From Eledone cirrhosa (lineage: Eukaryota): a DNA stretch of 64,000 nucleotides. The stretch's first letter is position 1. Each line of letters opens with the position of its first letter. This document shows, one piece after another, positions 13,850 to 26,489 of this stretch. The notes under the pieces were generated by a model, which saw only the letters and a list, made by a program, of their open reading frames with translations, was not told where the DNA came from and did no database searches. Location of the stretch: positions 270,320,001 to 270,384,000 of the forward strand of contig OZ024740.1 of the NCBI GenBank assembly GCA_964016885.1, written 5' to 3'. Position numbers and translations under genes: made by a program.

Positions 13850-14105
13850 CAGGGAGTAGGCAGAGTCGGATAGAATACTTTATGGTACTCGTTCCGGCTC
13901 TCTACTCTCTGTGTTCAAATCCTGCCAAGGTCAACTTTGCCTTTCATCCTTTCCCGGTCGATAAAAAAAAAGGTCCAGTCATTCTTCCTCTATATCTCTT
14001 TCTCACTTCCTGTTTCTCACTTTCTATCCTTCTCTAAAATAAATATCCTGTGTTCAGACCTGGAGAGGGTTGGGCTCTGCCAGGCTTAAAATGCCCAAGA
14101 AAGTC
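13850..14105 (+). mobile_element. Old SINE-family-1-related repeat (inverted partner of 13126-13400)
   Basis: gttcaaatcctgccaaggtcaactttgcctttcatcc core plus tail gagggttgggctctgccaggcttaaaatgcccaag. Confidence 0.7.
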
Positions 14106-14434
14106 TGTATGCCACTACACTGTTCCTACGATTCCCACTGGAGTTACAGGATCATATCATATCACCGTTACTACAACGGCCTCTGCAACCCGGCGGCACT
14201 CCCTCTTCACTCATCCCTCCTCCCCTTATTATCCATATTGTGTCCAGCACGCAAGAGCCCGCAAAAAGTAATTTGCATTAAATAACTCGATCAACAAGAG
14301 GTTAACTATGTCTACTGAAGACGACTATCCCGGAATTTTTAGGATCATGTTAAAAGACTTAAGAAATTGGAATAGCGAATTGAATATTTAAACTGATGCA
14401 ATTTGCTTTTGTCTTTGCTGCATTATGAATAGTA

Positions 14435-14661
14435 CAGGGTAAGCCAGAATTCATGACTCGCTTCTTAGTTATATTTCTTAACATGTTTATATTTTATTGT
14501 TATTGTATTGTTTTAATTTATTATTTTATTTCTTAATATGCTTAGCAGGTTTCTTAATTTATATTTTTATTTCTTAATATGTCTCACAGGTTTCTATTTA
14601 CTTTTTCTCAATTAATAGATCTATAAATAATCAAGTGAGTCATGAATTCTTGCCCACCCTT
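14435..14661. mobile_element. Tc1/mariner-type MITE
   Basis: About 28-bp imperfect TIRs (cagggtaagccagaattcatgactcgctt / aagtgagtcatgaattcttgcccaccct) flanked by TA on both sides. Confidence 0.75.
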
Positions 14662-14683
14662 TATATTGAGTTGATTTACGCGA

Positions 14684-14800
14684 AGGCTCGTGGCTTAGTG
14701 GGTAAAGAGTTTCATTCGCAATCGTGAGGTTGTGGGTTCATTTCTTGGACCGGGTGATGCGTTGTATCCTCTAGTAAGACACTTTATTTCACGCTGCTCC
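14684..14800 (+). mobile_element. tRNA-derived SINE head (family 3)
   Basis: A-box-like tggcttagtgg and B-box-like gggttcatttc, then gttgtatcctctagtaagacact. Confidence 0.65.
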
Positions 14801-15041
14801 TTCTGCCAGGAGTTGCCACTTGCAGATAGTATCAGCAATGGAAAGACTAATGGAAACATTGTTTCCTTGGTCCAATTTGACGAGGTCCACCCCACTCGGC
14901 AAGCGAGTGAGGTCTGAGATCTTATCGATCAATCAGAGTGAGAGTGTGGATTTAAATGTATGTGTTTTACGGTAATATATAAGGACACAATTTCTGTATA
15001 TAAATTCTTTACAATACTTTAAAATGTTTATATCCTCTTAC

Positions 15042-15248
15042 AATTCTGCTGCAATTAATCACTGATGCCAACCCTGAATCCTTCACAATAAAACAAAAAT
15101 CCGCTCTGTCCTGCAGCAACGATGAAATTGAAATTGATGATGAAATTAAATTTGAAGATTGCAAATGTTTGTGAGTGATGATGACTAATTTGATATTGAA
15201 GATGGTGAAATTAAGGTTGATAGTTACGAATGTGGGGGGTGGGGACCT
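15042..15248 (-). CDS. Possible isolated host-gene exon (207 bp, phase 0, 69 aa, unknown product)
   Basis: Bounded by cag and gtaag on the minus strand; open frame RSPPPTFVTINLNF...LLQDRADFCFIVKDSGLASVINCSRI. Weak polypyrimidine tract; no family recognised. Confidence 0.2.
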
Positions 15249-17074
15249 CTGTGTATATGTATCAATAATTGCGAACCAGTGTATATATGTGTTTCTGTGT
15301 TTCAATAATACTCTACGCATAGTAGAATGTCATTTACATTTATCAGAACAGAGCCTTCTCTGCGTATTTGGCACTTGAGCTATTGTATCTCTGCTAGTTT
15401 ATGATCTTTAGCAGCAATGTTAAACTAACTTTAACTCATTGGCCAAAGCGTGATTTACTTTAGTTATGTGATTTATTTTTTTTAAATACTGATTAGTATC
15501 CATTAATCCATTATCGAACGTTCCACCCCATATGCTGCTTTTACTAATATTATTATAAAATATATTGTATTGAACTGAAAGGCTTAAGATTACTAAAATA
15601 TTTTTACTGTTATTTATTTTCACAATACATTAGAACGCAGATAGATAACGGGATAGAATAGTATATAGCATTCATTTCTTTCCTAGCATATATAATCTTA
15701 AGCGATCTTTCCCATGAAAACAATGCTAATATCCACTTTATAGGTTTGCCTTTCTCTTCATATCGTTTATCTGATAGCGTTTTTTCATGAAGAACTGAAC
15801 GACTATTCTGTTCAGCATTGACCAAAGAAATATTATTCTTAATCTTAATGAGTTGTTTTATTGGAAACACTGCAGTCAATCAGTATCATACTCGTGCAAC
15901 ATATATGATGCAAAGGTTACCAGATAATATTAACTTATTATATTCATATCTTGCGTTTCAATGTATTCTATTATTCTCATTGCCATGAAGAGTTTTCATG
16001 GCAAAGAGAATAACAGTAAAGCCAATTCTGCTATTTCATAATTTCCAAAATAGAAATTCGTCGATTCCTGACATAAACTCACACGTAGTAGTGTAGAAGC
16101 ATCACTCGTTAACACTTTTATAAACAGATTTAATGTGTTAGGGCTTCAGATATTTTACAGACTTCACTTTCGTCTTTTATGGATATTAAACATAGAATTG
16201 TGTACATTATAAGAGTACATAATTCTCATAACATTAAAATCAAATATGCTCAGGTGTTCCTGATTTAGACGTGCATAGATAATTTAGAAATATATCCTAT
16301 CTACACTATATTCATTACTGTATATACACTTCATTGGCAAAAGCAGTTTAACATTGTGTTACATCCCTGCGTGTTTTTATTTAAATTATCGCTCAAATGT
16401 TGTGGGTAGTGGCGGTTGTAGTAGTTTTTTGGTGGTACTGGTGGTGCTAGCATTTGTAGTTTTGGTGGGTTTGGAGTTGTTGTAAGTGTGTCTGTATTTG
16501 TTGTAGGTGTGTTTTCTGTGGGTTTTTTTTTTTTTTGGAGTGTGTGGACAGATCGAGGGAATTGTGGCAACTGTTATCATAAAGCAAGTAAAATAATTGG
16601 TTACAAAAGAAGGGCATGAACAATTAACATCGAGGTGGGAGCAGAAATCTCTGCATGGCAAATACGTGACCGGTAGCAAACATAATGATGTTAACCAGAA
16701 GCATCTATCGGTGGCTATGTAGCTCAGGGCTAAAAGGCAAATAGTGAAGCTGCCCAAGATCAAAGCTTATTAACTCAGAACTATCAAACCAAAATGATGA
16801 GAAATGGAGTAGATCTAACGTGCCGATTCTGCAATGATGCAGAATTGTAGACCACAATCTCTGGATGTAACGCTTTAGTTCCAGTAGATGATCAATCAAA
16901 GTATGACATAGATTTAGCCAACTACATTGGTTAATATGTTGGAATTATAAAATCAAAACTGTTGACAAGTGGTATAGGAATCACGTTGAAGCTGTAACTG
17001 GGGGAGAAAATGTAACGATACTTTGTGATTTTTCTGCACATACAGACAGAACGATCAAATCTATTAGACAGGTT

Positions 17075-17560
17075 ATTATTAAGAACCAAACATTCACAAA
17101 GTAGTTTATTGCTTGATATGAGCATCCCATGTGATTGCAATATTGAGGCAAAAGAATTTGACAAGCTTAGAAAATATAAAGGCTTACAGATTTAAATTGA
17201 TAAAATGTAAAATCTAAAGGTGGTCACAATACCAGTGATTGTAGGAGCATTAAAAATAATAATAAACAAGTTCTTCAATTACTAACGAAAGGTGGGACTA
17301 TGAAAACTAAGCCCATCCCAATCAACATTTCAAGGGGACTTCCTATCACCACTGCTTTTCTGCCTAGCACTGTTATCAGAAACACTAAACAGAGCTTGAC
17401 TGGGATATAAATGCTACAAGAAAATCAACCAACTCCTGTATATGGGTTATCCAAATCTGTATGCTGCAGACGAGAACAACTCGAAACATTGCTACAGACA
17501 GTGTATGGATTCAATAAAGAAATAGACATGAAATTTGAACTAGAATAATAAGCTAAGACA
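17075..17560 (+). mobile_element. Heavily decayed R4/Dong-type (RLE) non-LTR retrotransposon remnants
   Basis: LLLDMSIPCDCNIEAKEFDKLRKYK...KVVTIPVIVGAL (RLE domain), then KINQLLYM...LYA...DMKFEL (RT), i.e. out of the normal order. Confidence 0.65.
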
Positions 17561-17761
17561 ATTTTATATAAAAATGAGGACAGTAATATAGGATTTTTAA
17601 AATATATTTAATGACATGTTTTAAAATTATATGTACATTAGCGCACAGAATATGTAATTAATTATTAAAAAATACACAACAATTAAAAAAAAAAATTATT
17701 ATTTATTTGGAAAATAAACCGTATTATACATTTTTGGTTTCATTATGAAATGTGTATCATA

Positions 17762-17949
17762 TGGCGGTGGATTGGCAGTATCGGTAGAGGGTCGGACGCC
17801 ATGCTTTGCAGCATAGAGTTACGGCCCTTGCCATTCTGAGTTCAAATTCCGCCGAGGTTAACTTTGCCTTTCATCCTTACGGGGTCGATAAAATAAAGTA
17901 CCAGTAATGTACTGGGATAATTGCTGGCCTTGTGCCAAAAGTAGAAACA
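17762..17949 (+). mobile_element. SINE family 1
   Basis: Full-length; 20-bp TSD attatgaaatgtgtatcata at 17742-17761 and 17950-17969. Confidence 0.93.
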
Positions 17950-18746
17950 ATTATGAAATGTGTATCATAGTTGTATAATTTGTATTTCAATATAAGAAAT
18001 CAAAATAATAAGATTTGGCTTAGAAAAGAACATTAAACTACAGGACAATACCGGATGGATTACAGATAACAATTATAAAAAGCACATGATTTCGATTGAA
18101 TTTTAATGAAAGCGTATCTTTTCAGTTCTATGAATTTCCTTTATAAAAAGTACAATTGAAAAATATGCTGAGATTAACTAAAGAAGACTTTTTCTTTTTC
18201 TTCGTATTACAACACAGTGGGAATGATTTGACAACTGGATAATTTGATGTTGACAACTGAACAATATAAAGTTGATCTTTTTTTTAAAGCATTTGAAGTT
18301 TCAAAGGAGAAGGTAAAGAAAAAAATTAGGAGCATGATAATATTGTTAAATGATGGGAAATTAATCTCGGCTTTTTAGAGTCAAGCGACGTAAATTCTTT
18401 GTAATCCATTTTCTAAATAACAGTTCAACGAGTTGATAAACCCACTATTGAATGTGGAAATATTTGACTGGAAATATTTCACTAAAATTCTGATGATAAA
18501 AAACATCTGGGTTATATAGAAAGTTGGGAATAGTTTAGGTGATATATATTATGATAAAACGCAATTAAGTGCGCATTTTGAAATACACAGGATACATTTT
18601 GTATTGTCAAAAGAGACTTTATAACTTTTAGGGTTCAATTTATATATACACGAATAACCGCATCTAGTTAATAAATCTGATTCAAGTTACAAAAGACATC
18701 TACATACACTCGGAATACGATACGCGCACATACAAACAGACATCAG

Positions 18747-19249
<503 letters not shown>

Positions 19250-19252
19250 GTG

Positions 19253-19286
<34 letters not shown>

Positions 19287-19540
19287 CAATATCTGCAGTT
19301 GTGAAAAAGAAAAAGGAAACCAGTGATTAATCGGGAAGCGAGAAGAAATATTATATTATGTATTTATGTTCATGCATGGAACAAAAGCGCTACCAAAGGT
19401 ACCAAGGCCCAATATTGACCACACCTCAAGAATGCAAGAGTTATCAGAATTGTAACCTATCCTCAAGCGCTTATGCGAATTTATAAGTAATGCTTGCTAA
19501 AAACGCTAGTTTACGAAATACATATTATATCAAAGGTAAA

Positions 19541-19681
<141 letters not shown>

Positions 19682-19699
19682 AGGTAAACAGAAATAACA

Positions 19700-20930
19700 A
19701 AGCAAACGACACAATAGATGGAAAAGATATATTAGTTTAACGCTTGAAATAGCAGGAAGAGGCTCTTAACTTTTGGGACACTAGTCCTTCATAAGGTAGA
19801 GTTAAAAATAGAAGATGAAAAATTGAGTTCTGCTCGGTCCTGGTATTAGTGGCTGTGAATCCGCGTTGGTAAAGAAGGCCTGAGACAGTGAGGTGTTGAT
19901 TAGAGTGATTGGGAAAACAGAAGTGACGTACAACAGGAGTGTCTTTATTTAGTCGTATGTCCCTTAGGTGTTCGGGGAATCGGTCCGATAGACAGTGGCC
20001 TGCCTGTCCATGTAAATTGACCCACAAAGGCAACACCGGAGAGCGTAGACGACGTTGGTGGAGGTACAAGTAAAGAAGTGACAAATGCGAAAAAGATGGT
20101 TCGTACCTGTGAGAGTGGTAAGGCATGTTATGTAGGGACAGTTGCTGCAGCGGGAGCGAGAACAAGGGCAGGGGCCAGGAGAGATCATAAGGGAGGAGGA
20201 GGAGGAGGAGGAGGAGGAGGAGGAGGAGGAAGCAAGTGCATAAGAAGGTCACAGAGATTACATGCGACCTTAAAGGCAGTGAAGGGTGGGTTGGGAAAGA
20301 AGCAAGAAGTGACCGGGTCGAAAACGAGGGTTCGTAGACAATGAAAGATGGAGCGAGGTAGTGGTCAAGTAAACGGGTGGTAGGTGAAGCGGAAAGGAAG
20401 GTGGGTTCTGAGGGGTGGTTAGTGGGTGAGAGGGATGCGGTGCGCTCCGTATTACGGACGCGGGTAAGGACAGATTCACTCAAGGTGGGTGGATATTCCC
20501 GCTGGATGAAGTGAGAAGCCATACGTTGACACTGGATCTCCAAATCATGTTCCTGGCTGCAGAGCCGGCGACGAGGGTGTAATTTGGAGTAGGGTATAGA
20601 GAGTTTGGTGCGGATGGGGTGGAAGGAGGTGGTGTCGAGATTGGAGTGGAACTCTGTGGGTTTGTAGAAGATGGAAGTAGAGAGGGTGGGGGTGAATGGG
20701 ATCGATAGAGAGAGGTGTCGAGAAATTGGACGGAAGAATTGGAAACGGAGGTGGTGAAGGTGAGAGCTGGATGAAATGACTGGATGAAGGAGAGAAAGTA
20801 ATCGAGAAGCTCGCGGGAGAGAGAGAGGTGGTGCCAATACAGCCATCAATGTAACGACTGTGGGCCTCGAAGTAGCCAACAAACAAGTTGGTATAGTTCG
20901 TACCCATTCTAGTACCCATGACTTCACCAG
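19700..20930 (-). mobile_element. Penelope-like element (Neptune-like), decayed RT + GIY-YIG
   Basis: MGTRMGTNYTNLFVG, RYIDG, TSIFYKPT, SIPYS, FTCTSTNVVYALRCCLCGSIY, LSDRFPEHLRDI...PVVRHF; dead HHR remnant near 19768-19795. Confidence 0.85.
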
Positions 20931-21028
20931 AGATCTGCTGGTAAAAAACTATAGAAAAAGGAAAACATTTGAGAGTGAAAACAAGCTCAGCAAGACAGAG
21001 GAAAGTAGATGTGCTAAAGGTGTAGGAG

Positions 21029-21090
<62 letters not shown>

Positions 21091-21955
21091 GTATAGATAT
21101 GTATATATATTCGCTACAATATCGAATAAAATATCCCTGGGAACAAAACCGAGATTTTCTGACGCCGTGATCATTGTACATATATATGTGAGTTTGTGTG
21201 TAAGACGTACTCCCTTTGTACTCTTTCTCTATCCATCTCTCTTTCTCTGTCTCCTCGTGTTCTCGTCTACGCACAATTATTAAGAGCATAAATGATTCTT
21301 AGAAATCAAATTTACATTGATTTGGGATTAAGCCATTTTTAACAATGATCAACAATCAATTGGAATGAAATGTATTTACGTGCTGACACATCTACATTAT
21401 TTTCATATTTAAATATATTCGTCGTTTTGTTTGCTCTGTCGTCACATCTCACTAGAAATACTATGATGAATCGTGCTCATTATACGATTTGCATTTATAG
21501 AACCACTTCACAACTATAATAAAACCATGAATTTCACTACTTCGCATATTCTACTATGGAACGGATTAGATTTAAAATTTTTTTATTTTTTTACTATATA
21601 AGAATATCTACAAAAGTTGTAAAATGCAGTTTCTTTGTTCGTTGTCAACAAAAATTGATTGAAGCAAAGGAAGTTTCGGAAGATGGAGAGTTTCGCGAAA
21701 TGTGTTTCCTGTGTATTAATATGGCATACGTGAAACGAAATTACAAAAAAATTAATACTGCATATATATAGAATCTTAACTACTGATGTGTAAATATCTA
21801 AGTGGCAGTATGGATACGAAATCACTCAGTTTTGGGGTTCAATCAGACAATCAGCCATCTTCAGAAAGTGTCATCTCAAATGCTGCCATAGATTCAAGGA
21901 GACAAAATACTTATGAATGAGATATGGCAGACAGAGGCCAGATAGTGGAGACAGG

Positions 21956-22013
<58 letters not shown>

Positions 22014-24034
22014 GAAAAAGTGAAGAATAACATGGTCAACAGTACAAAAAAGGGGATTTATTTACAGTCTAACAAAGTTAACTTCTTAGATTTATCGCTC
22101 AACCTTAACACAGGTCTTATAGAACCCTTCCATAAAAATAATGAAAATTTAGCTTACATTGATTATAACACTAATCACCCTCGATCCATAATTAACTCCA
22201 TAGCACATAGTATATCCCTTATAATCTCGCGCCTATCTTCTAACCTAGAGATTTTTAACGAACACGGTAACTACTACAACATAGCTTTACTTAAGGCAGG
22301 CCATAAAGAGAGACTCAAATACATACCAGATACAAATACTAACAACACACTTAATATTAATAACACTATCCACACCAATAGAAGCAACAAATCTAGGACT
22401 AAACATAGAAATTGGCAACAAGCACGTAAATTAATTGAACAGAATACTAATATAAAGACCACTAATAACTATAGAAGATGCAGATATAGAAACTACTTAT
22501 GGTTCAATCCAGTGTTTAACTCCTCTATAAAAACAAAACTACCTTACACTTTCTTCAAATTGATTGACAAACACTTCCCTAAAATTCAAAAATATCATAA
22601 AATCTTTAATAGAAAAACTATCAAACTATCATACTCACCTGCCAACAACATAGAATCACACATACATAAAATTAACTATAAAAGAATTTATAATACAAGT
22701 AGCCCGCAAATAAGTACCATAACACCAAATACAAAACATAAGCATATAACATCATCACAACCAAACACATGTCTGAACACATCACCACAATACATCAACA
22801 AACCCAATACTCAGCCCGTACATAGCAACCTACAAAACCATATCGAAGAACCGGCACATAGAAAAGCATCTAAATCTAACTGCCATCTACCTGACAAATG
22901 CCCTTTACAAAACAGATGCCTAGAGACAAATATAGTATACCTATGTACTATAAATTCAGGTAGCATTACATTGACTCCACACTCTATGATTAACAGGAAC
23001 CTCTTAAATACAACGACTCTCGCCAATAAAATCTGGCAACTCAAGGATGCAAACATGGAATATAAAATCAGCTTGACGAAGCTATCAAAAGCAACGGACT
23101 ATCAAATTGATATGTCCCACTGCGGTCTCTGTAATATGGAACTTTTCCAAATTTTAAATTACAACAAAATGCTTCTTAACAGTAACATTGAAAGAACTAT
23201 TTTCTGTCGGCATAAAGCGGCCACTAAATTTCAGAACTTTAGACCAGCTTAATTTCATCTTATCTATTCCATAACCCAAATTGTACCACTTAGATCTATT
23301 ATAATATCACATTATCATCATCATCATCATTATTATTATAATTGCCATCATCTATCAATGAACAACATCAAAACCTCTTACATTTACATTCTTATTTTAT
23401 ATATCTCTATCTTTCACTCTCTATCTCTATATTTCTCTCCCTAAATTTATTTCATCTCTGGCATTTTATTTTATCATATAATATAACTTACAACTAATTA
23501 AATAAATTTATTTATTTATTGAAATAACCAATACACACATAAATATATTTAACATCATCATATTTATATCTTCGTATCTCCCTATATTTTAGCCACTCTC
23601 AAAAATTCATTAATCTTAATATGTTTAAATTTTCTTCATACATTTTTACTTTTTTACTTATTTATTTTCATATTTTCATTTTTCATTTCTCACATTTTGT
23701 ACCATTCGGTATCATATTAGATGTAATTTATTTATTTATTTATTTTTATTTTTATTTACATTTATTCATGTATTAACGTTTATTCATTTATTGTTGATAT
23801 CATTATTTTCCCTCTCTTTTTCTTTCTCTCCTACGTTATTTCTCCTTATGCGTGTCTCTCCTCTTTCTATCATCATTTATCCATATATTTTCTTCTCTCT
23901 ATATTTTTCTCTGTATTCATTTCTCCTTTGTTGTTTTTGTTTTTGTTTTTGTTTTTTCTTTCTTTCCTTTATCTATCTCCCATTCTTTCTTTCTTTTCTC
24001 TATCTTTATTATTAATATTATTATTGATGATGTA

Positions 24035-24218
24035 GGGCGGTGGATTGGCAGTATCGGTAGAGGGTCGGACGCCATGCTTTCCAGCATAGTTACGTCCCTT
24101 TACCATCTGAGTTCAAATCCCGCCGAGGTTGACTTTGCCTTTCATCCTTACGGGGTCGATAAAATAAAGTACCAGTAATGCACTGGTAATTGCTGGCCTT
24201 GTGCCTAAAGTAGAAACA
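24035..24218 (+). mobile_element. SINE family 1 in the PLE 3'UTR
   Basis: 18-bp TSD attattattgatgatgta at 24017-24034 and 24219-24236. Confidence 0.93.
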
Positions 24219-24277
24219 ATTATTATTGATGATGTAATTTGAATTTGTAAATTTGCCGGTTATATATATTTTTTGTA

Positions 24278-24389
24278 ACAGTTTCTGATGATCTGATTGA
24301 GCTAGCATCGTATTTGAAATTGAGTGGCACTGCTCCAAGTGTTCAGCAATTTTTAGACAACTTAATCAGAGAAACAATTGTTAAACTGT
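24278..24389 (+). ncRNA. Type I hammerhead ribozyme (canonical core, long stem II)
   Basis: acagttt-CTGATGA-tctgattgag...cttaatcaga-GAAA-caattg-TT-aaactgt; 7-bp stem I. Confidence 0.85.
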
Positions 24390-24759
24390 AAATAAATCCC
24401 CTTTTTTGTACTGTTGAACATGTTATTCCTCACTTTTTCAATTTTATTACTCCAACATAAACTTACATAGGAATACAAGTGAAATCACAAACTCGTCACC
24501 TACGTAAACCTCTTGTTGAGTCAAATAATGCGGTACGCTAAAACTATCCATAATAAGATGTATTCACAACCTCTAACTGGATTACCTATAATGATATTTT
24601 GTTATCCCTTATATATTATATTATATATATAATGAGATATGGCAGATAGAGGATATATATATATATAGGAGTTGTGGTAAGGAACCAGATGGACCATAAC
24701 GCACCAGAGTACTCAATACTTAGGGTAGTAGAGTGGGTAATAGGAGAAAGTAGTGGGCA

Positions 24760-25508
24760 GACTAATTTGCATAGAGCGTGAGTACGTACCGGTTCAGCGG
24801 AGACGATAAAAACAAATAACGAAACGAAATTAAATTTCGTTTCGTTTGTAACTCACTTTTGTATGACTGACGCTTAAACAATTAAGTTAAAAATGTACAT
24901 CCACATATGTATACTGAAATACTAGTATGCATATGAATACACACACGTGTACATATGTAGATGTACCGAGTTTTTCACTGGACACTTTACTGTGAGTGTC
25001 CAGCTATTCTGTATGTAAACACACAGACAAACCGGTTTTTAGAGTCATACTGGTTTTCGAGGAAACACCTTTCCTCTATTCTCCAGAAAGCCCACTACTA
25101 ATTTTCATAGAAAAAGCATATAACGATATGTGCTTTTACGATTCTCTAGAAAGGCCGGAAGATAGGTAAATATTGCTGATGAGATGTAACAACATCGAAA
25201 CTAGTCCAATATTCCTTGTCTGGCTTTCTGGAGAATAGAGGAAAGGTGTTTCCTCGAAAACCAGTATGACTCTAAAAACCGGTTTGTCTGTGTGTTTACA
25301 TACAGAATAGCTGGACACTCACAGTAAAGTGTCCAGTGAAAAACTCGGTACATCTACATATGTACACGTGTGTGTATTCATATGCATACTAGTATTTCAG
25401 TATACATATGTGGATGTACATTTTTAACTTAATTGTTTAAGCGTCAGTCATACAAAAGTGAGTTACAAACGAAACGAAATTTAATTTCGTTTCGTTATTT
25501 GTTTTTAT
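24760..25508. mobile_element. Non-coding HHR-bearing element (retrozyme-like subfamily C) as a fold-back
   Basis: 287-bp arms 24806-25092 and 25222-25508 around a 129-nt spacer holding the HHR; distant similarity to the 49-53 kb units. Confidence 0.75.
25169..25213 (+). ncRNA. Minimal type I hammerhead ribozyme
   Basis: aatattg-CTGATGA-gatgt aaca acatc-GAAA-ctag-TC-caatatt; all stems pair, GUC cleavage triplet. Confidence 0.93.
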
Positions 25509-25515
25509 ATATATA

Positions 25516-25555
<40 letters not shown>

Positions 25556-25810
25556 TATATAATATATATATATATAATATATATATATAATATATATATA
25601 TATAATATATATATATATAATATATATATATAATATATATATATATAATATATATATATATATATAATATAACATATATATATATATATATAATATATAT
25701 ATATAATATAATATATATATATATATATAATATATATAATATAATATATGTATATATATATATATATATAATATATATATATACAATATATATATAATAT
25801 ATATATACAT

Positions 25811-25863
<53 letters not shown>

Positions 25864-26283
25864 TATAATATAATATATATATATATAATATAATATATAT
25901 ATATAATAAAATATATAATATATATATAATATATATATATAATATAATATTATATATATATATATAATATATATAATATATATATTTAATATAATATATA
26001 TATATATGATATAATATATATATAATATATATGTATAATATAATATATATATATAATATAATATATATATAATATATATATATAATATATATATATAATA
26101 TATATATATAATATAATATATATATAATATAATATATATATAATATATATATATAATATATATATATAATATATATATATAATATAATATATATAATATA
26201 ATATATATATAATATAATATATATATATAATATATATATATAATATAATATATTATAATATAATATATATATATAATATAATA
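25509..26283. repeat. Degenerate (TA)n/(TAA) microsatellite tract; similar tracts at about 30.7-31.8, 34.3-35.3, 37.0-38.5, 44.6-46.9 and 60.8-62.3 kb
   Basis: Directly visible; these tracts produce the Y/I-rich spurious ORFs. Confidence 0.97.
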
Positions 26284-26480
26284 GTTTTGCGAGGTTTTTT
26301 ATATGAAATCGTGTGTCGAAACAAATATTGTTATACTTGGGGAGGGTCATATTTGTGTAATATTGCCAGAATTAATAACAGAACACACTCACTGTTTGGT
26401 TGGTTTTCGCTTTTCGCTTCTGTGTCTTTTATATCGGCAATCTAATTTATTCGGTCCTCAATGTTGCCATTGACTGACCG
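26284..26480 (+). mobile_element. pLTR-like fragment (same family as 38858-39160)
   Basis: Near-identical to 38858-38995 and the reverse complement of 39000-39150; contains only an HHR 3' half (gtc GAAA caaatattg TT). Confidence 0.6.
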
Positions 26481-26489
26481 ACGGTCAAA

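Larger units (their letters stand above)
22011..24600 (+). mobile_element. Penelope-like element, 5'-truncated with inverted pLTR piece
   Basis: ORF to 23252: KVNFLDLSLNL, TNHP, KIFNRKTIKLSYS, CPLQNRCLETNIVYLC, CGLCNME...LLN...CRH. 22011-22075 is the reverse complement of about 24378-24442. Confidence 0.92.

Noticed and set aside
14315-14365. CTGAAGA followed by a hairpin
   Set aside because: GAAA is replaced by AAAA and the stems are weak; at best a very old remnant.
17762-17850. tRNA genes at SINE heads
   Set aside because: A and B boxes are present, but the sequence continues into a SINE body with a TSD and I found no intact cloverleaf.
18050-18600. Possible decayed DNA-transposase remnant
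   Set aside because: No motif or terminal repeat I could identify with confidence.
19768-19797. HHR at the end of the minus-strand PLE
   Set aside because: The core reads CUUAUGA...CAAA (G5 and G12 lost); counted only as a dead remnant.
21915-24652. 22-bp direct repeat aatgagatatggcaga(c/t)agagg as the TSD of the PLE
   Set aside because: Neither copy abuts the element ends (extra sequence and (TA)n intervene), so it is not a clean TSD.
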